From an uncultured Chloroflexia bacterium (GTDB lineage Bacteria > Chloroflexota > Limnocylindria > Limnocylindrales > CSP1-4), in contig CAVVNQ010000015.1 of the NCBI GenBank assembly GCA_963749705.1, forward strand, positions 64,001 through 128,000: DNA of 64,000 nt, in the 5' to 3' direction. The first letter of the stretch is position 1. Each line of letters opens with the position of its first letter. Position numbers and translations under genes: made by a program. Below the pieces are notes generated by a model. That model had not been told where the DNA came from. It saw only the letters and a list, made by a program, of their open reading frames with translations, and made no database searches. This document shows, one piece after another, positions 27,679 to 40,264 of this stretch.

Positions 27679-30600
27679 ATGAACGCGCGGATCTCGAGTC
27701 CCGTGTTCGTCGGGCGTGGCGATGAGCTCCAGCGGCTGCAGGCCATCCTGGCGGACGCGCTCGAGGGGAACGTGGGAACGGTCCTCGTCGGCGGCGAGGC
27801 GGGGGTCGGGAAGACGCGGCTTCTCTCGGAGTTCCGTGCGCGTGCCCTGGCCGCCGGGCTTCGGGTTCTGGACGGCGGGTGCGTGGACCTTGGAGATGGG
27901 GCACGTCCGTACGATCCCTTCGTGGCCGCGCTTCGGCCGTGGCTGAAGTCGCTGGCGCCGGACGAGTTCGAGCGGATCGTCGGGCCGGCTCGTACCGCGG
28001 TGCTGCAACTGATTCCCGACCTGGAGACCGAGGGCCGTGATGCGGCTTCGGCCGACGCACCCACGTCGGCGATGCAGTCGACGCTCTACCTCCAGGTCCT
28101 GGGGCTCATCGAGCGCGTGGCCGCCGAAGCGCCGACCGTCATCGCGTTGGAGGACCTTCATTGGTCGGACCGATCGACGCGCGACCTCCTCCGGTTCCTC
28201 GTACGCAATCTCACCCGCGCCCGCGTCATGATGATCGGGAGCTACCGCACGGACGAGCTGAATGAGCGGCACCCGTTCTGGACGATGCTCGCGGAGCTGG
28301 CGCGCAGCGGGCAGGTGCACCGTGTTGAGCTCGCACGGTTCACGCGGGCCGAGGTCCACGACCAGCTCGCGGGCATCCTCGGCCAGTCCCCCGACCGCCG
28401 TCTCGTCGCCCGTCTCCACGACCGCGGGGGTGGCAACCCGCTATTCACGGAGGAGCTGGTAGCCATCGGCGAGCCCGGGGAGCAACGACTCGGCCTGACG
28501 CTGCGAGAGATGCTCCTCGCCAGGGTCGGCGCGCTGTCCGCCGCATCGCGAGAGCTCCTTGGCGTGGTTGCGGTCGCCAACCAGTCAGCGCGACACGATG
28601 TGCTGGCCATGGTCACCGGGATGGACCAGGCGGGGATCGCCGTCGCGCTGCGGGAGGCAATCGATCGTCATCTGCTGGTGACCGCCGAGGACGAGGTCAT
28701 GCGGTTCCGCCACGGGCTGATGCAGGAAGCGGTCTACGCGGAGCTGTTACCCGGCGAACGCGTGGCCCTGCACGCCGGGGTCGCAAGAGCCCTCGAAGCC
28801 CTGCACGCCGATCTCGACATGGATGCCACGGTCGCCACAGAGCTGGCCCACCATTGGTATGAGGCACGCGATGGACGCAGGGCGTTGGAAGCCCTGCTGC
28901 GCGCGGGCCAGGCGGCGGAGCGAATGTTCGCCTTCGGGAACGCGTTTGCGCACTACGACCTGGCGCTGGGCCTGTGGCCGGTCGACACGCCCTCGGTCGG
29001 CGGGATCACGCTTCCGGACCTGGGGGCGCGGACGGCAGAGGCGGCCGCCCTGTCCGGGGCATACGATCGGGCGATTGGCCTGGTGCGGGCTGCACTCGAA
29101 AGCGAACCGGCTGCCGAGGTCGATCCGATCCGCACCGGGACCCTGCTCGAACGGCTCGCCGCATACCACCTCGGGTGGGGCAACCCTGATGCCGCCCACC
29201 CGGCCGCGAGCCGCGCGCTCGAGCTGCTCCCGACTGCACCGCCGTCCGCGGCGCGCGCGCACGCGCAGGGCATCCTGGCCCAGGCGCTCGGACTGCAGTG
29301 CCACTTCGATGAGTCGAACCGACTGGCGGAGGAGGCGCTGGCGAATGCGCAGCTCGTCGGCTCGGCGGAGGCAGAGATCCGCGCGCTCGGCTGCATCGGT
29401 CGCAACGCAGCGGCGGTCGGAGATGCGGCCTCCGGCATTGAGACCCTGCGCCACGCATTGGCGTTCGCGCGCTCCGTAGCAGACTTCCCTGGCGCCGCCG
29501 AGATCTCCATCGAGCTGGTACTGGCACTCCACTGGGCAGGAGACCTCGAAGAGGCGTGCAGGGTCGCCGATGAGGGCATCGTCGAGAGTGGCCGCTGGGG
29601 AGCGGAGGGACTCGCCAACTCACTTCGCGCCCTGCGAGGGCAGTCTGCGTTCCTGCTCGGGCGCTGGGATGAGGCGGACGAATGGATCGCGAGCGCGCTC
29701 GAGAGGGATCCGGTCGGATCTCCGGGCGTCCTGGCACATGGTGCCCGCGCGCTCGTCGACGTGGGCCGCGGCGATTTGGACTCGGCCGCGGAGCACCTCG
29801 AAATCGTGTTGCTGATGTGCCGGCAATTCACCGCCAGCTTCTACGGATGGACTGATCTGTACTCGAGCATGGCCCTCCTCTCGATCGCCCGCCAGCAGCC
29901 GTCTCAGGCCATCGACACGGTGCGGGATGCCGTCGCGCTGTCAGCCGACCCCGACCACGAGGTCCACATGCGGGTGTGCCATCGGCTGGCGATCCGCGCC
30001 GCGGCCGACCTCGCGGAGGTCGCGCGACCTCTGGGCGACACGGCGGGCCTGGAGGAGGCGCTTGCGATCGGTCGCGAGTTCTACGACCGGCTGCAGCGCC
30101 ACTCGCAGGTCGTGCGGGCGCTGCCTGGTGGGGGCGATCCGCACCTGGCCCTCGACTCGGCGCTCGGCAAGGCCGAGCTGAGCCGGGTCACGGGTCAGCC
30201 GGACGCAGCAGCCTGGGCAGCTGTGGCGGCCGCAGCCGACGAGCTGCGACATCCCTACGAGGCCGCCTACGCCCATTTCCGCCAGGCCGAGGCACTCCTG
30301 CTCGCACGCGGGTCACGCGCGATCGCACTCGCAGCTGCCGTAAAGGCGCACGAGATCGCGCGCCGCCTGGGGGCTGCTCCCCTGGAACTGGAGATCGAAC
30401 GGCTGGCCCGACGGTCACGGCTCGACCTTGCCCGCCCGGCCGCGGCCCCCGAGCGAGTGGACGTCGGTCCGCCGGTCGGCCGTGCGATCCCGTTCCAGCT
30501 GACACGGCGCGAGCAGGATGTGCTGGAGCGCCTCACTCTCGGGTACACGAATCGCGAGATCGCCACCGAACTGTTCATCAGCGAGAAGACCGCCAGCGTG

Positions 30601-30756
30601 CATGTCTCGAACATCAAGTCGAAGCTGGCGGCGAACGGCCGCGCGGAGATCGCCGCGATCGCGGTTCGTCTCGGCCTCGTGTCCGACCCGGCTGAGGGGG
30701 ACGCGATGGCTGAACCGACGGAAGCTGGTTCGGTGCGCGCAGTGCCCGGGGCCTGA
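27679..30756 (+). CDS. Large ATP-binding LuxR regulator (AAA/STAND ATPase, TPR-like region, LuxR HTH)
   Basis: FVGR..EL, GEAGVGKTRL, LEDLHWSD, GGNPLF, LTRREQDVL..GYTNREIA..LFISEKTASVHVSNI. Confidence 0.95.
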   Translation: MNARISSPVFVGRGDELQRLQAILADALEGNVGTVLVGGEAGVGKTRLLSEFRARALAAGLRVLDGGCVDLGDGARPYDPFVAALRPWLKSLAPDEFERIVGPARTAVLQLIPDLETEGRDAASADAPTSAMQSTLYLQVLGLIERVAAEAPTVIALEDLHWSDRSTRDLLRFLVRNLTRARVMMIGSYRTDELNERHPFWTMLAELARSGQVHRVELARFTRAEVHDQLAGILGQSPDRRLVARLHDRGGGNPLFTEELVAIGEPGEQRLGLTLREMLLARVGALSAASRELLGVVAVANQSARHDVLAMVTGMDQAGIAVALREAIDRHLLVTAEDEVMRFRHGLMQEAVYAELLPGERVALHAGVARALEALHADLDMDATVATELAHHWYEARDGRRALEALLRAGQAAERMFAFGNAFAHYDLALGLWPVDTPSVGGITLPDLGARTAEAAALSGAYDRAIGLVRAALESEPAAEVDPIRTGTLLERLAAYHLGWGNPDAAHPAASRALELLPTAPPSAARAHAQGILAQALGLQCHFDESNRLAEEALANAQLVGSAEAEIRALGCIGRNAAAVGDAASGIETLRHALAFARSVADFPGAAEISIELVLALHWAGDLEEACRVADEGIVESGRWGAEGLANSLRALRGQSAFLLGRWDEADEWIASALERDPVGSPGVLAHGARALVDVGRGDLDSAAEHLEIVLLMCRQFTASFYGWTDLYSSMALLSIARQQPSQAIDTVRDAVALSADPDHEVHMRVCHRLAIRAAADLAEVARPLGDTAGLEEALAIGREFYDRLQRHSQVVRALPGGGDPHLALDSALGKAELSRVTGQPDAAAWAAVAAAADELRHPYEAAYAHFRQAEALLLARGSRAIALAAAVKAHEIARRLGAAPLELEIERLARRSRLDLARPAAAPERVDVGPPVGRAIPFQLTRREQDVLERLTLGYTNREIATELFISEKTASVHVSNIKSKLAANGRAEIAAIAVRLGLVSDPAEGDAMAEPTEAGSVRAVPGA

Positions 30757-30994
30757 ACACGATGCCGACGCCGGCGATGCTGGCCGGTCGTCCAACGCGT
30801 GCACTGACACCACCCTGTGCTCAAGGGCAGTCAGTCGAACGGCTCCGGAGACTCTGCGGCCACTCGACTTGGCGGGACGAACCTGTCGGGCGCGCCATCG
30901 CGGACTGCCTGTGGCTGGACTGCTGGTACACCACGAACGACAGGTCTGCGCAACGTCAGAGCCGACGCCTCTGGACGGACTCACGAGCTGGGGC

Positions 30995-31070
30995 TTGACA
31001 GGGATTCTTGTCAACCCCCAGGACCGGGGGTACCCTCGGCCTCGCGTGGCCTGTCAAGTCTTGACAGGCC
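30995..31070. promoter_or_regulatory. Two TTGACA-based inverted repeats upstream of dnaG
   Basis: ttgacagggattcttgtcaa (30995-31014) and perfect ggcctgtcaa-gtc-ttgacaggcc (31048-31070). Confidence 0.6.
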
Positions 31071-31120
31071 CTCAGTCGTCCCCGCCGGGGCTCCCCGGAC
31101 GGGTCGGGACAGGAGCAGCA

Positions 31121-33061
31121 TTGGCCGTCGGCGTCGTAGCCGAGATCAAGGGCAGGCTCCCCGTCGCGGATGTGGTGGGGGAGACCGTCCAGCTGAAGAA
31201 GGCGGGCACGACCCTCAAGGGCCTGTGTCCGTTCCACGGCGAGAAGACCGCGAGCTTCGTCGTGACGCCCGCCCGCGACACGTGGCACTGCTTCGGCTGC
31301 GGCAAGCACGGTGACATCTTCACGTTCCTGATGGAGCGTGACGGGATGTCGTTCCCCGAGGCGCTCCAGGCCCTGGCGGGTCGCGCCGGCGTCGAGATCG
31401 ACGAGCGGACCAAGCGAGAGGACGCGCACAACGCGCGCCTGCGCGAGGTCCTCGAGGCGGCGGTCGCGTTCTATCACGCGGTGCTGATGAAGTCCGAGGC
31501 CGGGGCGCCCGCGCTGGCATACCTCCGCGGCCGTGGCTTCACCGACGAGACGATCGAGAAGCACCAGCTCGGCTGGGCGCCCCGAGGCTGGGACCAGATG
31601 ACCCGGCAGCTGGCGTCCAAACGCCAGATCACGCCCGGTGAGCTGCTCGAGGTGGGTCTTGCCAGCTCGCGCCAGCGCGGCGGCGGGGTGTACGACCGGT
31701 TCCGCGAGCGCGTCATCTTCCCCATCCGCGACCAGAACGGCCACGCCGTCGGGCTCGGCGGACGTGTCCTGGGCAAGGAGGGCGTGGGCGAGGACGGCGT
31801 GGATCACGGGCCCAAGTACCTCAACTCGCCGGCGACGCCGCTGTTCGACAAGAGCCGGACGCTGTACCTCATCGATCGCGCCAAGACCGCGATCCGCAAG
31901 ACCGGCCAGGCCGTGATCGTCGAGGGCTACACCGATGCCCTCATGGCCCACCAGGCAGGCTTCGACAACGTGGTGGCCTCGCTGGGCACGGCGCTGACCC
32001 CGTTCCAGGTCGCGCTGGTCACCCGGTACGCCAAGCGGATCGCGCTCGCGTACGACGTCGACGCCGCGGGGCAGAAGGCGGGCACCTTCGGCGCCACCGC
32101 GCTCGAGGAGCTCATCCGCCAGCTGGCCCCGGACGATTCCGGCGTGGAGCTGGACGACGTCCGCGTGGTTGGGCTGCCCGAGGGCCGGGACCCCGACGAG
32201 GTCCTGCGCGACGAGCCGGACCGCTGGCGCGAGGAGGTCCGGACCGCCCGGCCGATCGTGGACCACCTGATCGACGTCCACGCCCGCGCGCAGGACCTGC
32301 GGACGCCGGGTGGGCAGGCCCGGTTCGTGGATGCGGTGCTGCCGATCATCCGCAACCTGCCCAACCCCGTGCTGCGCGACGCGTACCTGGGCCAGGTCCA
32401 CCGCATCTCGGGGGTCGAGGAGCGCACCCTGCTCGAGGCCATGCACCGGCGTGCGGGTCGCGAGCCGGACGGGCGCGACGGGCGCGACCGGTTCACGGCC
32501 CAGGCGGTGACGGGTGCTCCCGATGCCCTGCCGGTGACCGAGATCCTGCGCGGCGTGTCCCGGACCGAGCAGGAGCTGCTGCGGCTGGTGCTGCTCGTCC
32601 CCGAGACGCACGACACGGTCCTCGACGGGGTCGGGCCGGACCGGCTGCCATCACAGGTCGCCCGGGAGCTGTACCGCGCGATCGTCGTGGCCCGCGCCCG
32701 CGACGAGCATGGGGTCCGGCCCGCGTGGGCGCTGCCGGCGATCCTCGACGGGCTCGACGACGAGAGCCGCGCCCTCGGGCAGGCGCTGGTCTCGCGGCCC
32801 GGACCCAATCCGCGCCAGCTGGGCGATCGCGCCCTCGCCTACGAGATCGAGCGGCTCACGCTCGAGCTCGACGACGCCGAGTGGCAGGAGCGAAGCGCCT
32901 GGAACCACGATGCGACGGCCGAGGCCGAACGCGATGGCGACAACGAGACGGCCGAGCGGCTGACCCTCGAACGCCGACTCCTCAACGAGCAGCGACGGTC
33001 GCTCGACCGGCGCCGCGACCAGACACGACTCCTCGCCCGGACGGCCGTCGCCGCCGGCTGA
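31121..33061 (+). CDS. dnaG: DNA primase
   Basis: CPFH..CFGC zinc finger, [37 protein letters not shown]; TTG start with AGGAG RBS. Confidence 0.97.
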   Translation: MAVGVVAEIKGRLPVADVVGETVQLKKAGTTLKGLCPFHGEKTASFVVTPARDTWHCFGCGKHGDIFTFLMERDGMSFPEALQALAGRAGVEIDERTKREDAHNARLREVLEAAVAFYHAVLMKSEAGAPALAYLRGRGFTDETIEKHQLGWAPRGWDQMTRQLASKRQITPGELLEVGLASSRQRGGGVYDRFRERVIFPIRDQNGHAVGLGGRVLGKEGVGEDGVDHGPKYLNSPATPLFDKSRTLYLIDRAKTAIRKTGQAVIVEGYTDALMAHQAGFDNVVASLGTALTPFQVALVTRYAKRIALAYDVDAAGQKAGTFGATALEELIRQLAPDDSGVELDDVRVVGLPEGRDPDEVLRDEPDRWREEVRTARPIVDHLIDVHARAQDLRTPGGQARFVDAVLPIIRNLPNPVLRDAYLGQVHRISGVEERTLLEAMHRRAGREPDGRDGRDRFTAQAVTGAPDALPVTEILRGVSRTEQELLRLVLLVPETHDTVLDGVGPDRLPSQVARELYRAIVVARARDEHGVRPAWALPAILDGLDDESRALGQALVSRPGPNPRQLGDRALAYEIERLTLELDDAEWQERSAWNHDATAEAERDGDNETAERLTLERRLLNEQRRSLDRRRDQTRLLARTAVAAG

Positions 33062-33110
33062 ACCCGACACCCGACCCGCAAGCCGAAGCCCAACGGAGGT
33101 ACCCGCGGAC

Positions 33111-34874
<1,764 letters not shown>

Positions 34875-34900
34875 GCGCCGCACACGGCACCGGCCGCGAG

Positions 34901-35991
34901 GTGTCTGTCCAGGGATCGGTCGATCCGGGGTTCGAGCCGGTCGCCGAGGCGTTCGCCGACGTGATCGCGGGCCAGGCCGGGCCCGGTGCGTCGCTGGCGG
35001 TGTGGCACGCCGGGAGCTGGGTCGTCGACCTGTGGGGCGGCTCGGCCGACGCGGGCGACGCGGGCGGCGCACGCCCCTGGCGATCCGACACCATCGCGAT
35101 GGTGTACTCGGTGACCAAGCCGTTCGCGGCGGTGTGCGCCCTGGTCCTCGCGGACCGTGGGCAGCTCGATCTCGATGCGCCGCTGACGACGTACTGGCCG
35201 GAGATGGCCGCCCGGACCACGATGCGCCAGGTGCTCGCCCATCGATCCGGCCACGTCGTGCTGGATCGGGCAGTCCCCGAGACGGCCTGGTACGACTGGG
35301 ACTGGATCTGCCGCCTGCTCGCCGAGCAGGTTCCGGCCTGGGAGCCCGGTACCGCGCACGGCGAGGCGGCGCTGTTCTACGGGCATCTCGTGGGCGAGGT
35401 CGTCCGGCGCGTCGACGGCCGGACGCTGGGACGGTTCCTGCGCGACGAGGTGTGCGAGCCGCTGGGACTCGACTTCCACGTCGGGTTGACCGACGCGGAG
35501 CTGTCGAGGGTCGCGGATCTTGGCGGGTTCGGCGACGCGTTCCGGCTCGCCAACGCGGGCGGGACGGACCTCTATCGGCGCGCCCTCGGCAACCCGCCTG
35601 GCGCGCGCGATCCCGGCGTGGTCAACGGCGAGCGTTGGCGCCGGGCGGAGATCCCGGCGATCAACGGCCACGGCACGGCCCGCGGCGTGGCGGGGCTGTA
35701 CGTCGCGCTCAAGGACCGGCGCGATCCTGTCACCCGCGAATGCTCGCCCAGGCGACGGCGGTCGCGGGCTCGGGCGTGGACCAGGTCATGGGCGACGAGC
35801 GCGAATGGGGCCTCGGGTTCGCGCTCGATCCCGATGGGTTCGGGATGGGCGGGCTGGGCGGCAGCGTGGGCTGGTGGAGCGAGGTCGGGCAGTACGCGTT
35901 CGGGTTCGTCACCGGCGAGATCGCGGGCTACGACCGCTCGGAGCGACTCGAGAATGCTGTCCGAGGGTGCCTCGGCCTGCCGCCGCTGTAG
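34901..35991 (+). CDS. Serine hydrolase (beta-lactamase/esterase family), two apparent +1 frameshifts near 35712 and 35739
   Basis: SVTK (SxxK), LDAPL..YWPE, WEPGT, PAING; C-terminus WGLGF..GMGGLGGS continues in another frame. Confidence 0.85.
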
Positions 35992-36016
35992 ATCCGCGCC
36001 GCCGCCGATAGGCAAC

Positions 36017-36036
36017 GTTCTCAGCAAGTTCTCAGC
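36017..36036. promoter_or_regulatory. 11-bp-period direct repeat gttctcagc (OmpR/MprA-like box)
   Basis: gttctcagc-aa-gttctcagc, i.e. TCTCAG-N5-TCTCAG. Confidence 0.5.
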
Positions 36037-36485
36037 GGCGTGGCACAACGTGCGGAACTCAGGGTCCTGACACGCGGACCCTCGCCGCTCCCAACGGATC
36101 TGCAGATCGTCGACGATCGCACCGAGAGGACGACCGCGACGCGACACCGATCCAGGCCGACAACTCCGGCCCCGATCGATCGCGGACCTGGATCCGATGG
36201 CGCAGGTAGCTGCAACCACGCCCGATCCGGGCCGAGCACGCCGAACTCGCGTGGCTCGGGCCGAACCTCCGGGGGCTGCCATCGACCCTGCCTGAGACGG
36301 CGGCCGCCAGGGGCGGCGACGTGCGCGTGTCCTGATCGGAAGGAGTGCGGTGCGGCCGTGCTCCGGTGGTAGATAGGCGGTGCGCCGAGATCGTTCTCGA
36401 TCGAAATTGCCCCTGCTCGCCGGCAGCCAATCTCGCTGCGTCTGGCCATGGCGGGGCTCCAGGCTTGTCCACAGGAGAAGAGCCA

Positions 36486-37772
36486 GTGAGAAGTCGTCCC
36501 ATCACCCTGTCCGCCGTGGCGCTGATCTCGGTCTTCGTCGCCGCGTGCGGTTCCTCTGCCGCCACGCCATCGCCGTCCGCCGCGCCCGCGTCGAGCGCGC
36601 CGGCCAGCGCGGCGCCCTCGGCAGCGGCCTCCGAGTCCCCGTCGTCGTCGCCTTCGGCGCTGAGCGTGGGTTCATTCAATTCGAGCTTCTCGGCAATGGC
36701 CGATCTTGCGTCGGTGACAGCTGCCGGCAGTGGGCTCGTCGGCGTGATCCTGCCGGACGCAACCACCTCGGCCCGCTACACCAGCTATGACCTCCCGTAC
36801 CTCAAGCAAGCCTTTGAAGCGGCCGGGTACGCCGCATCGGACTTCAAGATCGACAATGCCTCGGGCACGGCCACGACCGAGCTCGCCCTCGCCCAGGCCG
36901 ACATCACGGCCGGGGCCAAGGTCCTGCTGGTCGACCCGCTCGACAGCACGACCGGCAACCAGATCCAGGCGGCCGCGGCGGCCGCCGGCGTGGCGATGAT
37001 CAGCTATGACCGCGCCACGTTCCAGGGCACCAACACCTACTACGTCAGCTTCGACAACGTCCAGGTCGGCAAGCTGATCGGCCAGGGCTTCATGCAGTGC
37101 GTCACCGACTGGGGCGTCAAGAACCCCCAGGTGTTCACCCTCGACGGCGGCCAGGACACCGACCCCAACGCGATCGACTTCGCCAAGGGCTACAACTCGG
37201 TGATCTGGGGCCAGGAGGTCGCGCAGGTCCCGAAGGGCACGACCAACAGCGCCGGAATGAAGCTCATCGATGAGCAGATCGCCCCGGCCTGGAACAACAA
37301 GACGGGCGGCACGATCTTCCAGCAGGCCTACACGGCCAACCCGTCGATCAACGCCACGGTCGAGGCCAATGACGGCCTCGCCGGCGCGGCCATCGGCGTC
37401 CTCAAGTCAGCCGGGGTCCCGGCCAAGACGGTGCCCACCACCGGGCAGGACGCGACGCTCCAGGGCATGGAATACGTGCTCCAGGGCTACCAGTGCGGCT
37501 CCGTATACAAGCCGGTCTACCTCGAGGCCCAGGCGGCCGTCGCCCTGGCCACGTACCTGCGGGCCGGCCAGACGCCGCCCGCCACGCTGATCAACGGAAC
37601 CACGACCGATCCGACCAACTCGGCTGCCACGCAGCCGGCCGTGCTGCTGACCCCGTACTGGGTCAACGCCGCCAACATGGAATCGACGGTCATTCAGGAC
37701 AAGTTCGTGTCGGTGACGGACCTGTGCGCCGCCGTCGGCGCCGACCTCTGCCTGGCCTCGGGCATCAAGTAG
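36486..37772 (+). CDS. Sugar ABC transporter substrate-binding lipoprotein (XylF/ChvE-like)
   Basis: Lipobox VAAC, Ser/Ala/Pro linker, ISYDR, YVSFDNVQVG, ANDG, TGQDA, SVYKP. Confidence 0.92.
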   Translation: MRSRPITLSAVALISVFVAACGSSAATPSPSAAPASSAPASAAPSAAASESPSSSPSALSVGSFNSSFSAMADLASVTAAGSGLVGVILPDATTSARYTSYDLPYLKQAFEAAGYAASDFKIDNASGTATTELALAQADITAGAKVLLVDPLDSTTGNQIQAAAAAAGVAMISYDRATFQGTNTYYVSFDNVQVGKLIGQGFMQCVTDWGVKNPQVFTLDGGQDTDPNAIDFAKGYNSVIWGQEVAQVPKGTTNSAGMKLIDEQIAPAWNNKTGGTIFQQAYTANPSINATVEANDGLAGAAIGVLKSAGVPAKTVPTTGQDATLQGMEYVLQGYQCGSVYKPVYLEAQAAVALATYLRAGQTPPATLINGTTTDPTNSAATQPAVLLTPYWVNAANMESTVIQDKFVSVTDLCAAVGADLCLASGIK

Positions 37773-37780
37773 CCCGCGGC

Positions 37781-37824
37781 CCCGGCGACGGCAGCGGCCC
37801 GATGTGCACGCTGCCGTCGCCGGG
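37781..37824 (+). other. Intercistronic 16-bp perfect stem-loop after the SBP gene
   Basis: cccggcgacggcagcg ... cgctgccgtcgccggg. Confidence 0.75.
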
Positions 37825-37870
37825 ACACCTCCCCCCGCCCCGCCCCGCGCAGCCCACAGAGGACGAGCCA

Positions 37871-38722
37871 ATGGACCTGTCGGCGCAACGAGATCCCGTC
37901 CCTGTTGGCAAGGCCGGTGCGATCTCGAATCCGCCGGTCGCGCCGGGCTCCGAGCCGTTGCTCCGGCTTCGGGGCGTGAGCAAGCATTTTGGCGCGGTCC
38001 AGTCGCTGTATCGCGTCGACCTCGACCTGCCCGAGGCGCAGGTCACGGCACTGTGTGGCGACAACGGCGCAGGCAAGTCCGTGCTCACCAAGAGCATTGC
38101 CGGCATTCACCAGGTCGACGAGGGCGAGATGTTCTGGGAGGGCCGCCCCGTCCACATCCGGAACCCCAACGACTCAGCGGCGCTGGGGATCGAGACCGTC
38201 TACCAGGACCTCGCCCTCGCCGACAACCTCGACATCGTCCAGAACATGTTCCTCGGACGCGAGCGCCTCTCGCGGGGCCTGCTCGACGAGGACAGCATGG
38301 AGCGCGCGGCGGCCGAGACGCTCGCGAGCCTGCGGGTCACCACCGTGCGCTCGATCCGGCAGCCCGTCGCAACCCTGTCCGGCGGCCAGCGCCAGGCGGT
38401 CGCGGTAGCCAAGGCCGTCATGTGGAACTCGAAGCTCGTGATGCTCGACGAGCCGACGGCCGCCCTGGGCGTTGCGCAGACGAGGATGGTGCTCGATCTC
38501 ATCCGGCGGCTGAAGGACCACGGCCTCGCGGTCATGGTCGTCTCGCACAACCTCAACGACGTGTTCGAGGTAGCGGACCGGATCGCGGTGCTCCGCCTCG
38601 GGCGAATGGTCGCCCAGGATCGGATCTCGGCATTCGATCGCGAGAGCGTCGTCGACTACATGACCACCGGCAGGTCGAACCGCGACGTCGCGGGGCCTGC
38701 CACCAGCGACGGACTGGACTGA
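37871..38722 (+). CDS. Sugar ABC transporter ATP-binding protein
   Basis: GDNGAGKS, VYQDLAL, LSGGQRQ, LDEPTAALG. Confidence 0.95.
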   Translation: MDLSAQRDPVPVGKAGAISNPPVAPGSEPLLRLRGVSKHFGAVQSLYRVDLDLPEAQVTALCGDNGAGKSVLTKSIAGIHQVDEGEMFWEGRPVHIRNPNDSAALGIETVYQDLALADNLDIVQNMFLGRERLSRGLLDEDSMERAAAETLASLRVTTVRSIRQPVATLSGGQRQAVAVAKAVMWNSKLVMLDEPTAALGVAQTRMVLDLIRRLKDHGLAVMVVSHNLNDVFEVADRIAVLRLGRMVAQDRISAFDRESVVDYMTTGRSNRDVAGPATSDGLD

Positions 38723-38725
38723 CCC

Positions 38726-40078
38726 ATGACCCCCAACGAACCCGAGCCGGCAGCCGCGGCACCGAACGAGATCGGGATCGACGACGAATCTGCGCCGGAC
38801 CTGACCGCGGCGGCTGTCGAGGCGATTCCCCCGGCGATCGCGGCGCAGTCACTGCGCGAGTACCTGCGGGCGTGGGTCGCGCGGGTGCGAGGTGGCGACG
38901 CCGGCGTCCTGCCGGTGGCGCTCGCCCTGGTCGCGGTGGGGGTGGTGTTCACCGTGGTCAGCCCCAACCACGTCTTCCTGTCCGCTGGCAACCTGGTCAA
39001 CCTGTTCGACCAGAGCGCGGTGTTCATCGTGCTCGCGATGGGCGAGGGATTCGTGCTGCTGCTGGGCGAGGTCGACCTCTCGATCGGCTACGTCGCGGCG
39101 ATCGGCGGGATCGTGGCGGCCCAGCTGGTGCAACCCAACGTGAACCTTCCCTGGGGCCTGGCGATCCTGGCGGCGCTTGCGGCGACGGCCGCCATCGGGG
39201 GCATCCAGGGGCTGATCATCACCAAGCTGGGTATCCCCGCCTTCGTGGTCACGCTGGCGGGCTACCTGATCTGGTTCGGCGTCATGATCGTCCTGCTCGG
39301 AGCCGCCGGCGGCGTGGGCATCACCAGCACGGTGCTGCCGAACCAGCAGGCGCTGTACGGAATCGTCTACAGCTACATCGACCCCACGCTCGGCTGGATC
39401 GGGCTCGTCGTGATCGTCGGCGTGGTGGGTGCCATGATGTGGCGGCGGGACGCAGGGCGGCGGCGAAGCGGCCTGGTCGCCCCTCCGGTCGGGCTGACCG
39501 TCGCGAAGATCGTGGCCGTGGCCGTGGCCGGCATCGCGGTCGTCGCCATCTGCAACCTGAACCGCGGCAGGTTCCTCCCGATCATCGGCACCCCCTGGGT
39601 CATCCCGCTCGTCCTGGCAGTGCTCGTGCTCTGGGCGACCCTGCTCGAGCGGACCCAGTTCGGGCGCCACGTGTACGCCGTGGGGGGCAACCCGGAAGCG
39701 GCCCGCCGGGCGGGCATCAATGTCTCCCGCGTGCGCACCCTGGGCTTCGTCCTGTGCTCGATGACCGCCGGGATCGCCGGCATCATCTATGCCTCACAGC
39801 TGGGCGGCATGACAACCAACATCAACGGCGGCCAGCTCGTCCTGTACGCAATCGCAGCGGCCGTCATCGGCGGCACCAGCCTGTTCGGCGGCCGGGGCCG
39901 GGCGATCCACGGCCTCCTCGGCGGCCTCGTCATCGGGGCCATCTACAACGGCCTGTACCTGCTGGGGCTCCCGATCCAGTACCAGCTGATCGTGACCGGG
40001 CTGGTGCTGCTCGCCGCCGTCAGCGTCGACTCGCTGTCGCGCCGCGGCGCCGGCTCGGGAAGCCTCGTCCGCGCCTGA
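38726..40078 (+). CDS. Sugar ABC transporter permease (XylH-like)
   Basis: GEVDLSIG, IPAFVVTLAG, FGRHVYAVGGN.EAARRAGI, IAAAVIGGTSLFGGRG. Confidence 0.95.
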   Translation: MTPNEPEPAAAAPNEIGIDDESAPDLTAAAVEAIPPAIAAQSLREYLRAWVARVRGGDAGVLPVALALVAVGVVFTVVSPNHVFLSAGNLVNLFDQSAVFIVLAMGEGFVLLLGEVDLSIGYVAAIGGIVAAQLVQPNVNLPWGLAILAALAATAAIGGIQGLIITKLGIPAFVVTLAGYLIWFGVMIVLLGAAGGVGITSTVLPNQQALYGIVYSYIDPTLGWIGLVVIVGVVGAMMWRRDAGRRRSGLVAPPVGLTVAKIVAVAVAGIAVVAICNLNRGRFLPIIGTPWVIPLVLAVLVLWATLLERTQFGRHVYAVGGNPEAARRAGINVSRVRTLGFVLCSMTAGIAGIIYASQLGGMTTNINGGQLVLYAIAAAVIGGTSLFGGRGRAIHGLLGGLVIGAIYNGLYLLGLPIQYQLIVTGLVLLAAVSVDSLSRRGAGSGSLVRA

Positions 40079-40264
40079 CGGGAGGTACGGAGGGCGATCG
40101 GCCGCGTCGACCTTTGGCACCCGGGTTCGCCGACCATTGCCCCTCGACCCGCCCACGATCGAGAGGGACGCTCCGGAGTGACGCCGATCCCAACCGGATC
40201 TCGCGGCCCCGGCGCCGGGCGAACCAGCCCAACTGCTGATTCCCGGGGGAGAAGAGGGATCGCC

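Noticed and set aside
30762-30998. 78-aa ORF between luxR and dnaG
   Set aside because: No RBS, atypical codon use and no recognisable motif
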